DNA of 64,000 bases from Narcine bancroftii (taxonomy: Eukaryota): assembly GCF_036971445.1 (NCBI RefSeq), contig NC_091480.1, forward strand, positions 15,686,001-15,750,000, in the 5' to 3' direction. The notes under the pieces were generated by a model, which had not been told where the DNA came from, searched no databases, and was given only the letters and a program-made list of their open reading frames with translations. Shown piece after piece: positions 49,305 through 63,872 of this stretch; the stretch's first letter is position 1; each line of letters begins with the position of its first letter. Position numbers and translations under genes: made by a program.

Positions 49305-52300
49305 TACCACCACATTTAATTTTCAGACTAGTTAAAGATTGCAATAGATTGAAGTAGAACTCCTTAAAAGACCAATGCAAACACAAATACATTCACTGAA
49401 AGGCACTATTTTCAGTTGCATTGGGATCTCATTGATTTCCACTGGCTTTTTGTTTTGTTGAATATAATTGGCAGAATGTTACAATGTCTACAGGTTACAT
49501 TCCACATAAGGAGGATCTTGTAATTGTTTGAATTGTAATGAAAACTAAGTTTTCTGGTGAATTGCGAGCCTGTAGCTGAGACAAGAATTACTAAAAGTCT
49601 TCCTGACACTTGTATTTAAACTTATTTACATTGTTATTTCCTAAGAGTAGAATATTTTAACTATTTATATTTATTTTACATTCTGAAGCCTGAATCCTTT
49701 CAGAAGTAACTGCTGTAAGAATGCATACAAGTATAGTAAATATTGACATCTGAAACTTTTCTTCGGTGTTTCTTATCTCTGACCCACAATGTGAGTCTTC
49801 TCTGGACAATTTTATATTAAAGCTTGCCTCTGACCAAGGATTTGATTATCTCATCTAATTTCTTAGTTTACTTCCAACTTCTCAACTTGATGTTTTCTGA
49901 AATTTCAGCGGGTTGAAGCTGTCTTTACACATTATTTTATCTAAGTTGGCATAAGTATTTTGATCTGGGACTCTGGTTCCAGGGTTGATTGCGAACTAAT
50001 GATGAAGAAGTGGAAGATGTAGAAGTAGAGAATGACTGAATAATGTACCTGAGCACCCACCTGGAATCTACCAGAGAAAGATATTGAGTGCCTTGAGACT
50101 TTTACCATTCAGCTGAATGGGACTGATTACTCTGTTAAGCAGTCTTGACACTAGCTTTTAATAACTGACTTACATCTGCTTTTAAATGAGGGACAGCCAG
50201 GGAGAAAGACCTTTTAGCTGAGCTTAGGGAGCAAGAGTTCCAAAGTGAAACTAACCTTTTTACATAATGCTTTTCCACATCAACTTTGAACAGATTGGTT
50301 TCATTTTCAGATAGCCAGTGATTCTAGATATATCCACTGGAGGAAATGGTTTGTTGAACAAACTGATTACATTGGACAATTTTTTTTTCCAAAAGGTTTG
50401 CTTCCTGAAAAAATTGGGGATTTTGATACAACAAACTGAACACAAAGATAATGTCAGATTTGCTGTACCATGTAGGAAGTTGAAGAAACATTAAATGAAC
50501 TTTTATTGAATTTAGCATTAATCGTAAACTCACCACGATTGTAAGAGAATGTATTGCAGCTGTTGCAACATTGACTAGACATTTCTGCTGTATTGAATCT
50601 TCCTGAAGAACATGTGCATCAACATATGTTCAATCTCTAATCAATGTAATGAACAGTATATGTGACCTGCTTTCATAGCCTCTCTGCATCCATCTTAACT
50701 AAGCACGGCCAGGCCCAAGACAACATTTGCATAGAACCTACACTGAATTCTAACTCAGACAGAAGCACACAACATTCCAATACAAACTATGTAAAAGTTG
50801 AAATTATTTTGTGCATTTATGTTGAGGGAAGAAACTCGATAACTAGCTATTTTAGGACTGCATTAAGAAAAGGTGAATTAATCTGACGATGCCTTCCCAT
50901 GAAAGTGACTATAATAAGATTTTACAATACATTATTTCTGAACACAAAGCTAGAGTTTAAAGTAAACAATGGTAACTTCAAAGCAACAAAAGGCAGATTT
51001 AGCATAATTTCTCAAAGGTATGAATGTGAATTGGCAAGACTACTATTAAAAAAATATATATATATGAAATCTTGCTACAAGTGTATTTTGTGCCTTCATG
51101 GAATGAATAGAAAAATAGATGAAATGAAAGTTTTAGGAAAGAGTTTATAATGTGGCCAGAGAAACCAGTAAGATAGAGGATTTGGAATGTTTTAAATTCC
51201 GCAAAGGATGACTACAAATTTGATGAAAGGGAAATACCTAAATTCACAAAGTGTGAAAAAGAAGAATTTATTGATAAATTCAGCTCAGTAAAAGTTTTTT
51301 GAAAACAAGTGACTTAAATGCATCTTAAGATTTTACAAGTATGTAAACAGGAAGAGTTGCAAGGTAATGTAGGTTCTTGATAGAGATGAGAGAATTTATA
51401 ATGGAGAGTAGGAAGGCACTGAAACTGATAAAGAATTACCATGCTAGCAGTTAATCTACATCCTAGATTTTTGAAAGAGGTGGATTCTCTAGTTATCAAA
51501 AACCACATCTTACAGTAGCAAAATATGACCTTCCTCTAAGGAGGGACATGTGTAGGAAGTAAAATATAGCAATGCATTTAGAAGATATTAGGTGGAATGG
51601 ACATGGATCGATGAAGGAGAAGTCTATTTGAGAAGTTTAACTATTGAGTGGAAAAACAAATGTGTAGTCTGCAGATTTTTGGCAAACAAGGTTAAAGCAC
51701 ATAGCATAGATTGAGTTGATCAGAAAAGCAACAATAAACTGATCCTTCTCTGGTTGTTAAGCCAGCTAAAGACATGATAGGCATAGGTTCTCAAGTCCCA
51801 GAATTCAATATCAATTATTTAAAGGGGACCAACTGTAACATTTCCAGATTTGCCTATGATACACACCCAAGTGCAAATCCAGGTAGTGACAAAAATGTGT
51901 GGCAACAATATGTAACAAAACAATAAAAATCTGGAAAAAAGTCACAATAGCTTCTCTAATACAAGACGGTTACCAACAACTGCAATAGGAATGCAAATAA
52001 ATTGAAGAATGGGAAGCAAATTTTAAATTCTTTCCAACAAATGGCTGAAGCAAATAATGTAGATTAAGAGGTTGATACAAAAGAGAATAATGTTACTGAA
52101 TAGCTCAGTTAGGATGGGTCAAATCCACTCTGCATAAAATTTACCATCAAATGAATGCGACAATGTAACAGACCTCTAAAACAAGGAACATTATTCTGAT
52201 TGTAGAAGGCAATGTGATCCTCTGTTTCGGAAGAGACCACATTTCCCCATTTTTTTTTCTGCAGTGTTTTGTTGCTATTTCTTTCTCTTTGAACGTTATG

Positions 52301-53074
52301 AAAAAGATTCTTACTGTTTCCTGGTACATGTGGCAATAATAAATTGAATCACAAGCAGATGCTAATCTTTCCAAAGGCCAATTATTGACATGGCTTTTAT
52401 TGTTACTGACGTACGATTCCTTTCCTTTATTGTTGAACATTGTGAAAATACTGACACTAAAATGTGAACACTAGAGATTAAAAAAAAATAACTTTCATAT
52501 CTTTGGAAAGTATTACTGTAGTTGTCTCTACTACCTCAAAACACTTGGTATCCAGCACCTATGGGAATTGGCAGATGCCAGATAAATGTACTTACCAGTT
52601 GCCTGAGACTTATTCTTACGATGCTTAACTAATACACCTGCATTAAGAATAAACAGTTTAAAAGACAAAAATACTATACTGTACTTACACTGAACAAACT
52701 TCACTTACATGAATATATATGTTAAAGCATTTTACTTTATTTTCAGTCACATTATTTAAAAATATTTAACCGTCGCTGCATCTGCAGGTTCTCAGGTTGA
52801 CTGCACATGTTGCACAACAAAAGCAGAGGCCAGGATTTGTCTTGGTCATCAATTTTACAACCGAAGTAGAGCTCATAGGCTTACTTAATAGATGCAGTCA
52901 TGTTACATCTTTGCCACAAATGTAACAATGTATCACAGCTGTTATGACATTGACATTTCTGCTGTATTGAACCTTCCTGAAGACAATAAATGCTATTGTT
53001 AAGTACACTCACTGTGCTATTGCCTAAAGGACATGGGCATCAACATGCCCAGCATCTGCATATGAGCCTTTAAA

Positions 53075-53305
53075 GGGCACAGTTGGTGTAGCAGTTAGCA
53101 CGATGCCTTTACAGTGCCAATTATCGGGACCAGGGTTCAAATCCTTTGCCGTCTGTAAGGAGTTGGTATGTTTTCCCCATGTCTGCCTGGGCTCTGTTTT
53201 CCTCCCACCGTTCAAAACATACTGGGGGGGGGGGTGTTGGTTAATTGGGTGTAAATTGGGTGGCATGGACTCATGGGCTAAGCTGTATGTCTATATTTAA
53301 ATTTA
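53075..53305 (+). mobile_element. SINE
   Basis: Has a tRNA-like head (ttggtgtagcagttagc...gggttcaaatcc) and the body of the 8770/39275 family. Confidence 0.7.
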
Positions 53306-53699
53306 GAATTTGTGTCGAGATGAGCATGGTGCAAGACAGGAACTAAAAATGTCTTCAGTTAGAGTATGGTAAATCTGTAGATTTCTATACCCAGGAAAGG
53401 TTATACATTTAAGGTGATACATTTCTAAACATTAAGGGAGAAAAAAGAGCGAGAGAAAGAAACAATTTTTGTTGTTGTTTCTATTTTCTTAAAAGAGATT
53501 TAAATGGATCTATTTTATTCAACGTACTATCATTTCTAAGATGGAATTCCAATTTTTAAAGCAAGCATATTGAAATAAGAGTCAAACATGAACAACAGCA
53601 ATGGGTTTTCCAGGGGTGCCAGTGTAGCTACTTCAGAAAAAGTAAACCCAAGAATGGCATCAAGAAATAAAGTAACTATTTGCTACAATAACCATGGAG

Positions 53700-54268
53700 A
53701 CAGGAAATATAATGGCCTAATAAACTTACTTGAGGAAGGATGTTCTGGGTTTGGAAGCGAACCAGAGGAGGTTCACCAGATTGATTTCAGAGATGAGGGG
53801 GTGAGCCTATGAAGAGAGATTGAGTCAGCTGGGCCTGTACTCAGTTGAATTTAGAAGAATGAGGGGATCTTATAGAAAAGTATAAAATTATGAAAGGCAT
53901 TGATAAAATATCAGCATGAAATTATTCCTGATGGTGGGGAGATGAGAATGAGGGGAGATGAGAATGAGGGGACATAGCCTCAAGATCCAGGGAAGTAGGT
54001 TTAGGACGGTGATAAAGAGGTACTACTTTTCCCAGAGGGTAATGAATCGATGGAATTTGCTGCCCATTGAAGCAGGAGGCTACCTCAGTAAGTATATTTT
54101 ATACAAGGTTGGATTTTTTTTTTATAAACGAAGTGGGGGGAATTAAGTGATATGGGGAAAAGGCAGGTAGGTGATAAGCCCATCAGATCAGCCATAATCT
54201 CATTGAATGGCAGAGGAAGCTCGATGGGCCAAGATGGCCGACTCCTGTTCCTATTTCTTATGTTCTTA
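53700..54268 (+). mobile_element. CR1-type LINE 3' end
   Basis: RMRGHSLKIQGSRFRT..RYYFSQRVMNRWNLLP followed by the 3' tail ctcctgttcctatttcttatgttctta. Confidence 0.8.
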
Positions 54269-57200
54269 ACAATGTGAATCCAAATTTAATCACCCTGTAC
54301 CAACAATTGTGCTTCCCCTTCTCCCACTCCAATGCCTTTGATACTCAGTTGTCTGCATTTGTTGTTTTAAATGTCAGAATTTACCAGTCTGGCTTCTCGA
54401 CATGGCAGCGTGCATTCTGGATTTGAAGTTAATGCACAATGTACCAACTTCCCAAATGGAAAACTAAAAGAGTCAATTTCACAGTTGCTGTATTTAAAAT
54501 GTGTTTATCAGGAAGAATAAAAAAAACAGCTCTACAGGTTAAACAAAGAGCTTAACATGAAAGTTTAACAGCTTCTTTGCATATTAAATAACCACAAAAC
54601 TCAAATCATACAGAATAAATAGTCAAAAATAATTTACACATTTGGTACAAAGATCAGGGAATGGGATTTGTGAACTGTTTAAAAGTTTTCACATCTCAAA
54701 AGGGGACAAAAACCTTTACAACTGATATGGCTTTTTGTCGGAACAATGCTATGAACATTTTTTTCTGCTTCTGTACAACATTTACATCTTAAAGCCATTC
54801 AGAACCTGCTCCAAAGCCAAAGCAGAACCATTTGTTGTAGTGCATCAATTAGAAATTCACAGGAGAGTCTCCCCATCAGCAGCTTGACAAAACCCATTGA
54901 TTGGAATCAGATCCTGTGTTTCTTTTAAATTACAAAGTTTATTGTTCTAACAATGGGCTCCAATAACCATTAATCATCATTATTGGAGAAAACTACACTG
55001 CTTTAGAGAGACAGGGCCCAATAATGCAAAGGTTGATGATAGAATACACATTGGGTTAGTATTAAAATACCAGAGTGATGCTGACTGAATTTTTTATCAT
55101 GTTCAGAACTTCCATTCAGTCAATGACTTAAATTAGATCTCAGCATTCTCATTGTCTCAAAATATTCCCGACATTATTCATTCTCAAGTTCATTTTAGAT
55201 TTTTTTTGATGTAAATGGAAAATTAAAGCTCTGATGGGAAGTTTCTCTCTAACATACAACACCAACTAACACTTTCAAAGGGTACAAAGTAAGTGTCAAG
55301 ATTCAAAGCTTCAGTCACTAAATGATTGGAAGTGGACCCCATGTTCTTCAGACATCAGGATGAGGACTGTGAAGGGAGAAATATACCTGGTCCTAGCCCA
55401 TAGAATGATTGATGGCCTACATCTGTTCTTACAAATACAAAATAATACTGGTTGGTGTACAATGTAAAGAATTCAACTACAATTGGTTGCATTTTTGAAC
55501 TGCCTGGAACAGAATCCAATCTTAACACACTTTTAGAAGAGAAATAAAATTACCATATTATGATTTGCCAATCTCTTTCAGTTGTGATGAACATTTTTAT
55601 AGTTCATTATAGGTTCTCGCATCCATAAAGCACATATTAATCCAAATGAATGTTATAACTCAACTTCAGCTGATTTAACAAAACAGCAATTTAACAAATG
55701 GTGAAATCATTGGTGAGTTAGAAAGATTTCCAATCTGTTATATCAGCACAAATAACACACCCCAGTTTTAATTTCAATTTTATAAATATATATTTACCTT
55801 CCAGTGCAAGATTAAAACTATTAAAAAAAGCAGTTAATAAATTAAATACTGAATGCAAAATGAAAAGTTTGCCTTGTACAAAAACTAAAAATGTTTTGTT
55901 CCAAATTAATTTCAATCAATGTGTAAATTTTGAAAATACACTACCTCATAAATACAAACCGCTACAAGAGTTTGAAAGATTTGTAAAGCAAAATTAGTAG
56001 CTCACAAAAGACCATCTGGTATTGTGGGGTCATCATTCTGTGTGTTGAATTGGTTGGGGGGGGGGGGGGGGGTGGACACTATAGGTTTTACCAATAAGGC
56101 AGCCTTCTCAGTGATGGCTGTAAACCTTCCCAGTTCACAAATTTATGTTCTTAGCACAAATGTTGTTTTACAACTGGTTTCCTGGTATTTAGTATTTACA
56201 CACATCAATAGAAACCTAAACAAAGCTATACATAAATTTTAGCACTTATACCAGAAATAGCAGGATGTCAAAACATGGAATGACGGCCACAATAACTATG
56301 AGACAATATACAACTTCATCTGTAAACAATGAATAGTTTGGTGTTCTTCAATCAGGTCATCAATACATTGCATTCACTATCAGATTAAAACTGGCAAGAT
56401 ACATATTAGTTCATTGCTTGGCCTAACCGAATGCTAATCACATTAGACATCTGAGAGTTCAACTCAGTACTAGTCTGTTCGAGTTTACATGCCAGCTGAT
56501 AAGCATTGCATAAAGGCACTGCATGGTTGTGCAATGGATATTCTAACAGCTTTATAGATACATTTACCGTTAGCCCTACTGGATTAGGTGATGTATGAAA
56601 GGTAGATTAAGATAGATATTAAATCCCACTTTCTCTACTGTTAGCATTTAATATTGACAACGACCTCCATGGCAGAGATAGTTTCTTGCATGCAAGGACA
56701 ATAGAAACCTTTCAATTAACTCAAAAGTTAGGTGAATGAATATACTGGAAAATGTGATTTCCCTGCAACCATTCACTCTTAAATGCATCCCTTTTACCTG
56801 AATCATTTAACAGCCATCAGTGAAGAAAGAAACCTTTGGTTTCGTAATATTGGAGTGCAAATCTAAATTGTAATTGAGGGAACTAGTAAAAATAATAAAA
56901 GATGGGATTTGTAGCTTAACACAGAATTAAACTGTGAAATAGTATGTATTAAAAGCAGAAAAAAAATCTGAAGAAATTTCTGGGACTGCTCAATAAAAAG
57001 TACCAAAGCTTTGAATTCTGACAAACATTTCATTCTGCATTCAGAACATCCATGATGAGGCGCAAATCTGGAGGAACAAGTGGAGGCATCTTTCCCAAGT
57101 TCAGACTTACTTGGAAAATTAATCTATTTTTGTTCCATTTTAAAAAATCCATAGTAGCTTCCTCCTATTCTTCATTCTATTGCAGAAGAGACAAGAATTA

Positions 57201-59155
57201 TACAAACCAAGTAAACATGATAACACACCCAATGAACAGTTTCTATTACCTACCACTATTCATTGTTTGGTATCACCAAAGCAATCACATTAACAGGATT
57301 AATGCACAAGGGTAAAAGCACAAAGATCGACTAATTAAAATTTATTAATGACAATCCTGGGGGAAGGGAATCCCAAACACTAACCTTCTATGATTGAAAC
57401 TGTTTCTGCAATGATGCTGGAATACTCGAGTCAAAAAAAAACAGGAGAAAGCTAAAGTGGAATATTTGTCCACCCTAGGGAGCTACTTCTAATTCTTTGC
57501 TAAACTCAAAGTTCAATGTTACTTCATTACTTAAATATACAAACCAAAACTTCTTTAATTTCAAAGACTTCAAATTCAATATAGAATACAAGTTTAAAAC
57601 TGTGTTTTCGCTACATTAAACAAATCCCTTTAATAATGCAGCAGACATTTACCAAAACTTTAAAGATGCAAGATAGCAATATTTTGTTGTAAACAAAAGC
57701 AGAAAATACAAAATATGGAGAAGTGAACCGCAAAACTGTTACGTCCTCTAAGATTTTGCACATTATAAAAGAATATTTAACAGAGGAGTGTTACAGATTG
57801 TGATCTACTGAGATCACAACTTTCCAAAATCCTCAAATCAATTGGCTTGTCTGGCTCACAGTAAACTGGACTTTACCTTTTCGAATTATTTTGGGGGGAA
57901 AAAAGTCAATTACTGCACTGCAACATGCAAGGTTGATCCTGGTGCAATAACCTACTGCTTGCGAGACATTAGCTTTGCAATTTATTCTCCTTTCCTTGGT
58001 TTACAGCCAAATTTGGCACTATTCAACAATATAGAATTGGGAGACAATCCTTCCAAAATAATTGCTCATAAATAGCTTGCATTAAAAAATAAAATACATT
58101 TTATTTTAGAACCCTATGTGATGGGTCAAACTAACAATGTGTTTCTCGAGATATTTACAAGATCTGCAGATGGAAGAGGTATGGAGGGCTATGGGCTGGG
58201 TGCAAGTCAGTGGGACTAGGTAAAGAAATGGGTTGGCACGGACTAGAGGGGCAAAGGTAGCCTGTTCTATGATTCTATACTGAAATCTCTGTGAACAAAG
58301 AGAAGCAAGAGGGACTCAGCTTGTCAGGAGGCTTCCATGGAGATAAATGGTCAAAGTTTTGGGTTGGGTCCATGGATATTGCCTGGTTTGTAGACTCCCC
58401 TCTCCCCCACCTCCCCCCCCCCCCCCCCCCAGCTTTTCTTTGTTCACTCAATGCAAATATCTAACCTACTTGTATAATTTACAGTTATGGAATAAATACT
58501 CTGCAGAATAAATGTTTCATTTTAAATTGGAAATCTCATCTGTTACTGAATCAGAATTATACTAGTATTGGTGAATGGAGTTCGTATGCTTGTAGCAATC
58601 CAAATCTACACATGTTTGAATGGAGAGTTTGTCCTTGGGTGCTGACTTTTCATCCTCTGTTGGAAGGATAGGACCTTGTCACAACGACAAAAAAACAACC
58701 AAAACAGCACAAGATTACTTAAATGTAAACTGCACAACACTAAATGGGCTTGGGATGCTATACATGAAATTGAAAATGGTACAAGAATTTCAAATCTGAA
58801 GCATGGTTACTGAACGCAATGTAAAATACAACAAAAAAAGTCTTCAGGACAGAAAACCTTTATATTTGAAATGTATAGAAGTCATCACATTTGAGCCTCT
58901 GTGCACTTAAAACAGCACAGGAATAAATTGGGAAGATGTACCTCAAGTCTTGATGCTGAATGAAACAATTGCAAAATCCTTTACTCATTAGTGGGTTTCA
59001 GTTCAATTCCAATAGCCACTAATGAGAGACAACTAGCTGATAACAATCAAGCTGATTCACAAGCTAATACCCATTAAGGTCATGCAAGATAGAAAACCAG
59101 GGGAGAGGCAAGAGAAAAATCAAGGAATGATGGACTATAGAACAATTATCTAGAA

Positions 59156-59511
59156 CAGTGGTTTTCAAATATTTTCATTCTATTCACATACCACTTTAAG
59201 TAATCCCTATGCCATAAGTGATCTGTGATTAGTAAGGGATTATTTGAAGTATGCGAGTGGAAAGAAAAAGTTTGAAAACCACTATTTTAATCATTCCTAA
59301 TGGACTCGTTATGTGCAGGGTTTCATAACTCCAAAGGAAATGGGCCAATGGCAATTTTAAAAAGCAAAATATTTCAGTCACAACTGGGACAAGAGCAGTG
59401 GTTCTCAACTCCCCCCCCCCTACTCATATACCACCTTAAGTAATCCCTTACTAATTAGAGCATATATGGCATAGGGATTGTTTAAGGTGGTACGTGAGTG
59501 GAAAACCACTG
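59156..59511. mobile_element. Composite hAT-derived MITE
   Basis: Two CAGTGGTT(T/C)TCAA...AAAACCACT hairpin units. The same composite occurs at 61540-61838. Confidence 0.7.
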
Positions 59512-60336
59512 ATCTCGAAAGACAAAGGGTCAGAGGCATACTATTCCTCGAACTGACGAAGCATAGCAAGATCCTTACCTTTGGTGGATTTCTCCAAGAC
59601 AAAGAAAGCAATAAACTATCAAACCACATGTTAAATTAATTTCATTTTAGAAGTGGCCATTGAACATTGGTAATGATAATTATTCAACAGCATAATGTTG
59701 CAAGTGGGACAATGGTTCAGTGAAAACAAGTCATCAGGAGTTTAATAATCTCCCTGCATCATATTTGTCCCACCAAAGCAGTATAACCATGTGGGCAATT
59801 GACTTCAACATACTTTCAGATAAAATACAGTCACATAGGTTTTCTTGATACAATGAGAACATTAGGTTTTAATGGAAAGCAAAAATGGGTGTGTTATAAT
59901 GGTAAAAAAGGTTTGTATAATTCAGAACATTCAAGGAAAAAAGCTTGGTATAAACTATAACAATGTTAGTAGATCTGCATCAAAATCCTAAGATTTTGAA
60001 ATCAATTTTGTTTCCATGCCCAATTCAAGCACATGATTGATCTGCACATGAGTTTCAGACATTGGTAAAGAATATCACCCTCGTGTACAGTCCCATCACA
60101 GGATCCTTTTGGCTTCTTGTAACTTCATGCTGTGTCAATGACTGCCAACTGAATATTATTATGAATCTAATACTGAATTAAAGGCAGTACTGTCAAGCAT
60201 ATTGCACATTTTTCAAACCTCTCAGTGTCATTTACAAATGGTTTCTCCAGTAGTCAATGCCCAAACTAGGCAGCTTAATTGGCAAGGTGCTGAAGAAAGG
60301 GGCACTCTAATTGAGCCCCTTGTTCAGTTTATGACC

Positions 60337-60489
60337 CTATTGTGAAAGATCACTGACTGGAGGGCCACTGTCCAAAAGCATCCCCTTCCTTGAAGTCTCA
60401 GCTCCTGAAAGCTCTTGTGCAAGGTCATTAAACCGGGCAATATAATCCATGCTGCTTTCATTCATCATACATGCCAGCTGAGAATCGAC
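60337..60489 (-). CDS. CRAMP1: CRAMP1 (cramped-like) final coding exon
   Basis: VDSQLACMMNESSMDYIARFNDLAQELSGAETSRKGMLLDSGPPVSDLSQ* matches the remembered vertebrate CRAMP1 C-terminus. Acceptor ttattatatag. Confidence 0.88.
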   Translation of the reverse strand, partial: VDSQLACMMNESSMDYIARFNDLAQELSGAETSRKGMLLDSGPPVSDLSQ

Positions 60490-61236
60490 CTATATAATAA
60501 AAACAGCCAGATTGAAATTGAGTACAGCAAAGATGCGTAAATTGCAATTTACATTTCTCTTCCTAAAGATTGGGGGAACATGTGCCAGGCCAAAACTACT
60601 GTGTAAGAGTGAAGTATTGGCATCTTGTTCTGGCTATTAAAAGATTCCTGATTCAAGAGCAAAGACAAATTTATCTCAACCAGATTTTTCAACCTTATGT
60701 CCTTTCTAGTTGACTGAGATAGGAGATAGATGAATAATGCTCTGCCAGTATAACTCAACTAGGAAATAAAAATGTTTTAAAGCACTTCAATACGTCAATA
60801 ACTCAGGCTCATTTCAATTGGTTGTTTTTTTAAAAAAAAAATCCAATATACTCCAAATCTTCCAGTGAATTGTCCATGGACTAAAATATACATGCATGAA
60901 ATGTTGTATCTGACAACCAATTCAGAATCAAATTTAATGTCAAATTTTTGTTGAAAAAAGGTATAAATGAAGATAAAATTGGAACATCTATTCTTCCCCT
61001 ACCTTGGAAAATCAAAATGGCATAGTTAGAATTTTTTTTTGGCCAGAGGATACAAATAAAACAAAAAGGAAAATACACAAATATTTAAGTATAGTTTTGA
61101 TTTTTCTACCATACAAACTCATAAAATGATTCAAACAATGATCTATAATTTGTCTTGAAATGAATGCCAGCGTTGCTGTAAATCTATAATTTGGACATGG
61201 ATGGAAATGCTGCAGCTATTGTCCATCCCACCTTAC

Positions 61237-61376
61237 CTCAGAAACATCTACTAGTGAACGGGAAGCGAAAGAATCCCTGGAGTTTCCATCCAATAGGCTT
61301 GTTCCAAGCAAAGAGTTGTTATTGCTGTTGCCAGTTGTGAGCATCTTCCGTCCCTTTTCAGGAGATATAAGACTTG
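61237..61376 (-). CDS. CRAMP1: CRAMP1 penultimate coding exon
   Basis: SLISPEKGRKMLTTGNSNNNSLLGTSLLDGNSRDSFASRSLVDVSE, gcag/gtaagg boundaries, phase 0 join to the last exon. Confidence 0.88.
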
Positions 61377-61539
61377 CTGCAACCAATGGAAAACATAATG
61401 ATGGAATACAATGTATTTCTCTTCATTAATTAGAGCTTTCAAAGGACAAGATCCAAACTCATTTTGATTTGCTACAATTTTAGCTCGGATGAAAGCACTA
61501 ATTCATCCAAATCAACATGTGTGGACTAAACGCCAAAAA

Positions 61540-61838
61540 CAGTGGTTCTCAACCTTTTTCTTTCCACTCACATACCACTTAAAGTATTCCCTATGCCATA
61601 GGTGCTCTGTGATTAGTAAGGGATTGCTTAAGGTGGTATGTGGGTGGAAAGAAAAAGTTTGAAAAACACTTTTAATCGTACCTATGTGTATGGTTTCAGA
61701 ACTCCAAAAGAAATGGGGCAAAGACAATTTTTCTCAAGTAAAATATTTCACTAACAATTGGGACTGGAGCAGTGATTCTCAACCTTCCCTTCCCACTCAC
61801 ATACCACCTTAAGCAATCCCTTTACTAATCACAGGGCA
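61540..61838. mobile_element. Composite hAT-derived MITE, truncated by a Tigger-like fragment
   Basis: Homologous to 59156-59511 and followed directly by the right arm of the 43486 family (to 62072). Confidence 0.7.
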
Positions 61839-62079
61839 TGGTCCCGGCATGAGTGGGGACCTCGGTGGGGAGGTGTCAGTGATAAGCAGTGGCCAGCATT
61901 TTTATTGGTGAGAAAAGCCTTCCCTTGTTGTTTGTTGTTCAAACACTGTTACAAGTGATTTGCTGTTGCTACTGGGCTGTTTTTTTTAAAAAAAATGACC
62001 AATTCTCTGAAAAAAAAAGTTTATCTGATGTAGGCCCAATCCTGACCATTTCAGATAATCAGAGTGGTACTGTACAATG

Positions 62080-62843
62080 TCAGAAAGTATACGGTCATGT
62101 ACTTAAAAAAAAAGGGCAGACTTTTGTTTTAAATGGGGACAAAATGAAAAATAGCCAGATGCAAAGGGACCTGGAAGTCGTCATGCAGGATAGCCTGAAG
62201 GTAGCTTGAAAAGAGGTGAAAAAGGCAAATGCAGTGCTGGCATTCATTTCAAGAGATTAGAATTCAAGAGCAGGGATATGATGTTGCAGCTTTATAAGGC
62301 ACTGATGAGATTCCTCATTTGGAGTATTGTGCAGTTTTGGGCTCCTCATGTACTGACATTGAAGAGGACTCGAGGTTCACAAGGACGATTCCAGAAATGG
62401 AAAGGTTACCATATGGGGGATACGGGGGGGGGGGGGGTTTGATAGCTATTGTCCTGTACTCATTGGAATTTAGGAAAATTGGTGTGTTTTTTTTGGGGGG
62501 GGGGAGGAGGGTGGTGGGATCTCACTGAAACATTTTGAATGGTGAAAGGCATAGACAGAGTAGATGTAGAAAGCTTGTTTCCCATGGTGGGAGAGTCAAG
62601 GACAAGAGGGCACAATCAAGATCAAAGGTTGTCAAGTTAGAACAGAAATGTGGAGGAACTTATTCAACCAGAGGGTGGTAAATCTGTGGAATTTGTTGCC
62701 ACAGACTGTTGTTGAGGCCAAGTCATTGGGTGTATTTAAGACAGAGATCAGAATTCATGATTACCAAGTACATTAAAGGTTACGGGGAGAAGTATGGGCA
62801 GTGGGGCTGAGTGGGAAAATGGATCTTGTGTCTTATGGTCTTA
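62080..62843 (+). mobile_element. CR1-type LINE 3' region
   Basis: QRDLEVVMQDSLKV, LEFKSRDMMLQLYKALMR, EYCAVLGS and a gtcttatggtctta tail. Confidence 0.8.
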
Positions 62844-63294
62844 GTGTTACCACCCTGAGATTCTTTTTTCCAAAATGCCAGACAAAATTTCTTCTTATCA
62901 GTACTGCCTAAAACTGTACTCGAAAAGATGTGTATTCAAAATAAAGAAATGCCAACAAACTGACTGTGTAACATAGAAAATAAATATTCAATAATAAAAT
63001 GTGCAAAGCAGGAGTCCTTAAATGAGTTGGAGTTTGTTTAGTAGGAGTCTGATGGTGGAGGGGTAGCAACTGTTCCTGAACCTGGTGGTACAAGTCTTAT
63101 GGCAGCAGCAAGAACAGGCTCATGTCCTGGTGGTGGAGATCCTTGATGTTTGCCACTGTTCTCTGATAGCAGTGTTCCATATAGATTTATCTCTATGGAG
63201 GGGAGGGCTTTCTGCTCAGAGGTATTGGTGCTCACATACCAGGCCGTGATGCAGATGGTCAGCACACTTTCCACTACACATATGTAGAAGTTTA

Positions 63295-63872
63295 GAACCA
63301 CAGAACACTGCAGCACAGAAACAGACCCCTCTGGCCCTACTACTCTCTGCTGAACCATTTTTTTCCTAGTCTCAATGACCTGCATCCAATCCATAGCCCT
63401 CCATACCTCTCCCATCCACGTATTTGTCCAAATTCTTCTTAAATGTTAGCTCACCACCTCAGCTGGCAGCTTGTTCCACAATCCCAATGAAGAAATACCA
63501 CGTAATAGTCCCCCTAAACCTTTCCCCTTTCACTCTTAACCCTTGTTCTCTGGTTTATATCTCACCTACCTCAGTGGAAAAAGCCTGTACTGTACATTTA
63601 CTCTATCTATTCCCCTCAGAATTTTAAATACTGCTAACAAATCTCCCCTCATTCTTTTACGCTCCAGGGAATAAAAAGTCTTAACATGTTTAACCTTTCC
63701 CTGTAACTCAGATCCTCATGTCCAGGCAACATCCTAGTAAAACTTCTCAACACTTTTTATATCTATTGATATCTTTCCTGTAGGTGACCAAAACTGCATT
63801 CAATACTCCAAATATGGGCTCACCAATGTCTTGTACAACTTTGCCATAACATTCGAGCTCCTATACTCAATG
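63295..63872 (-). mobile_element. CR1-type LINE 3' fragment
   Basis: Reverse strand resembles CR1 ORF2 (LYKTLVSPYLEY...) and its 3' UTR. Confidence 0.7.

Noticed and set aside
49999-50039. ATGATGA...CTGA as a C/D box snoRNA
   Set aside because: Only about 40 nt, with no terminal stem, and not intronic.
53075-53150. tRNA gene
   Set aside because: The A/B-box-like sequence is the head of a SINE and does not form a full cloverleaf.
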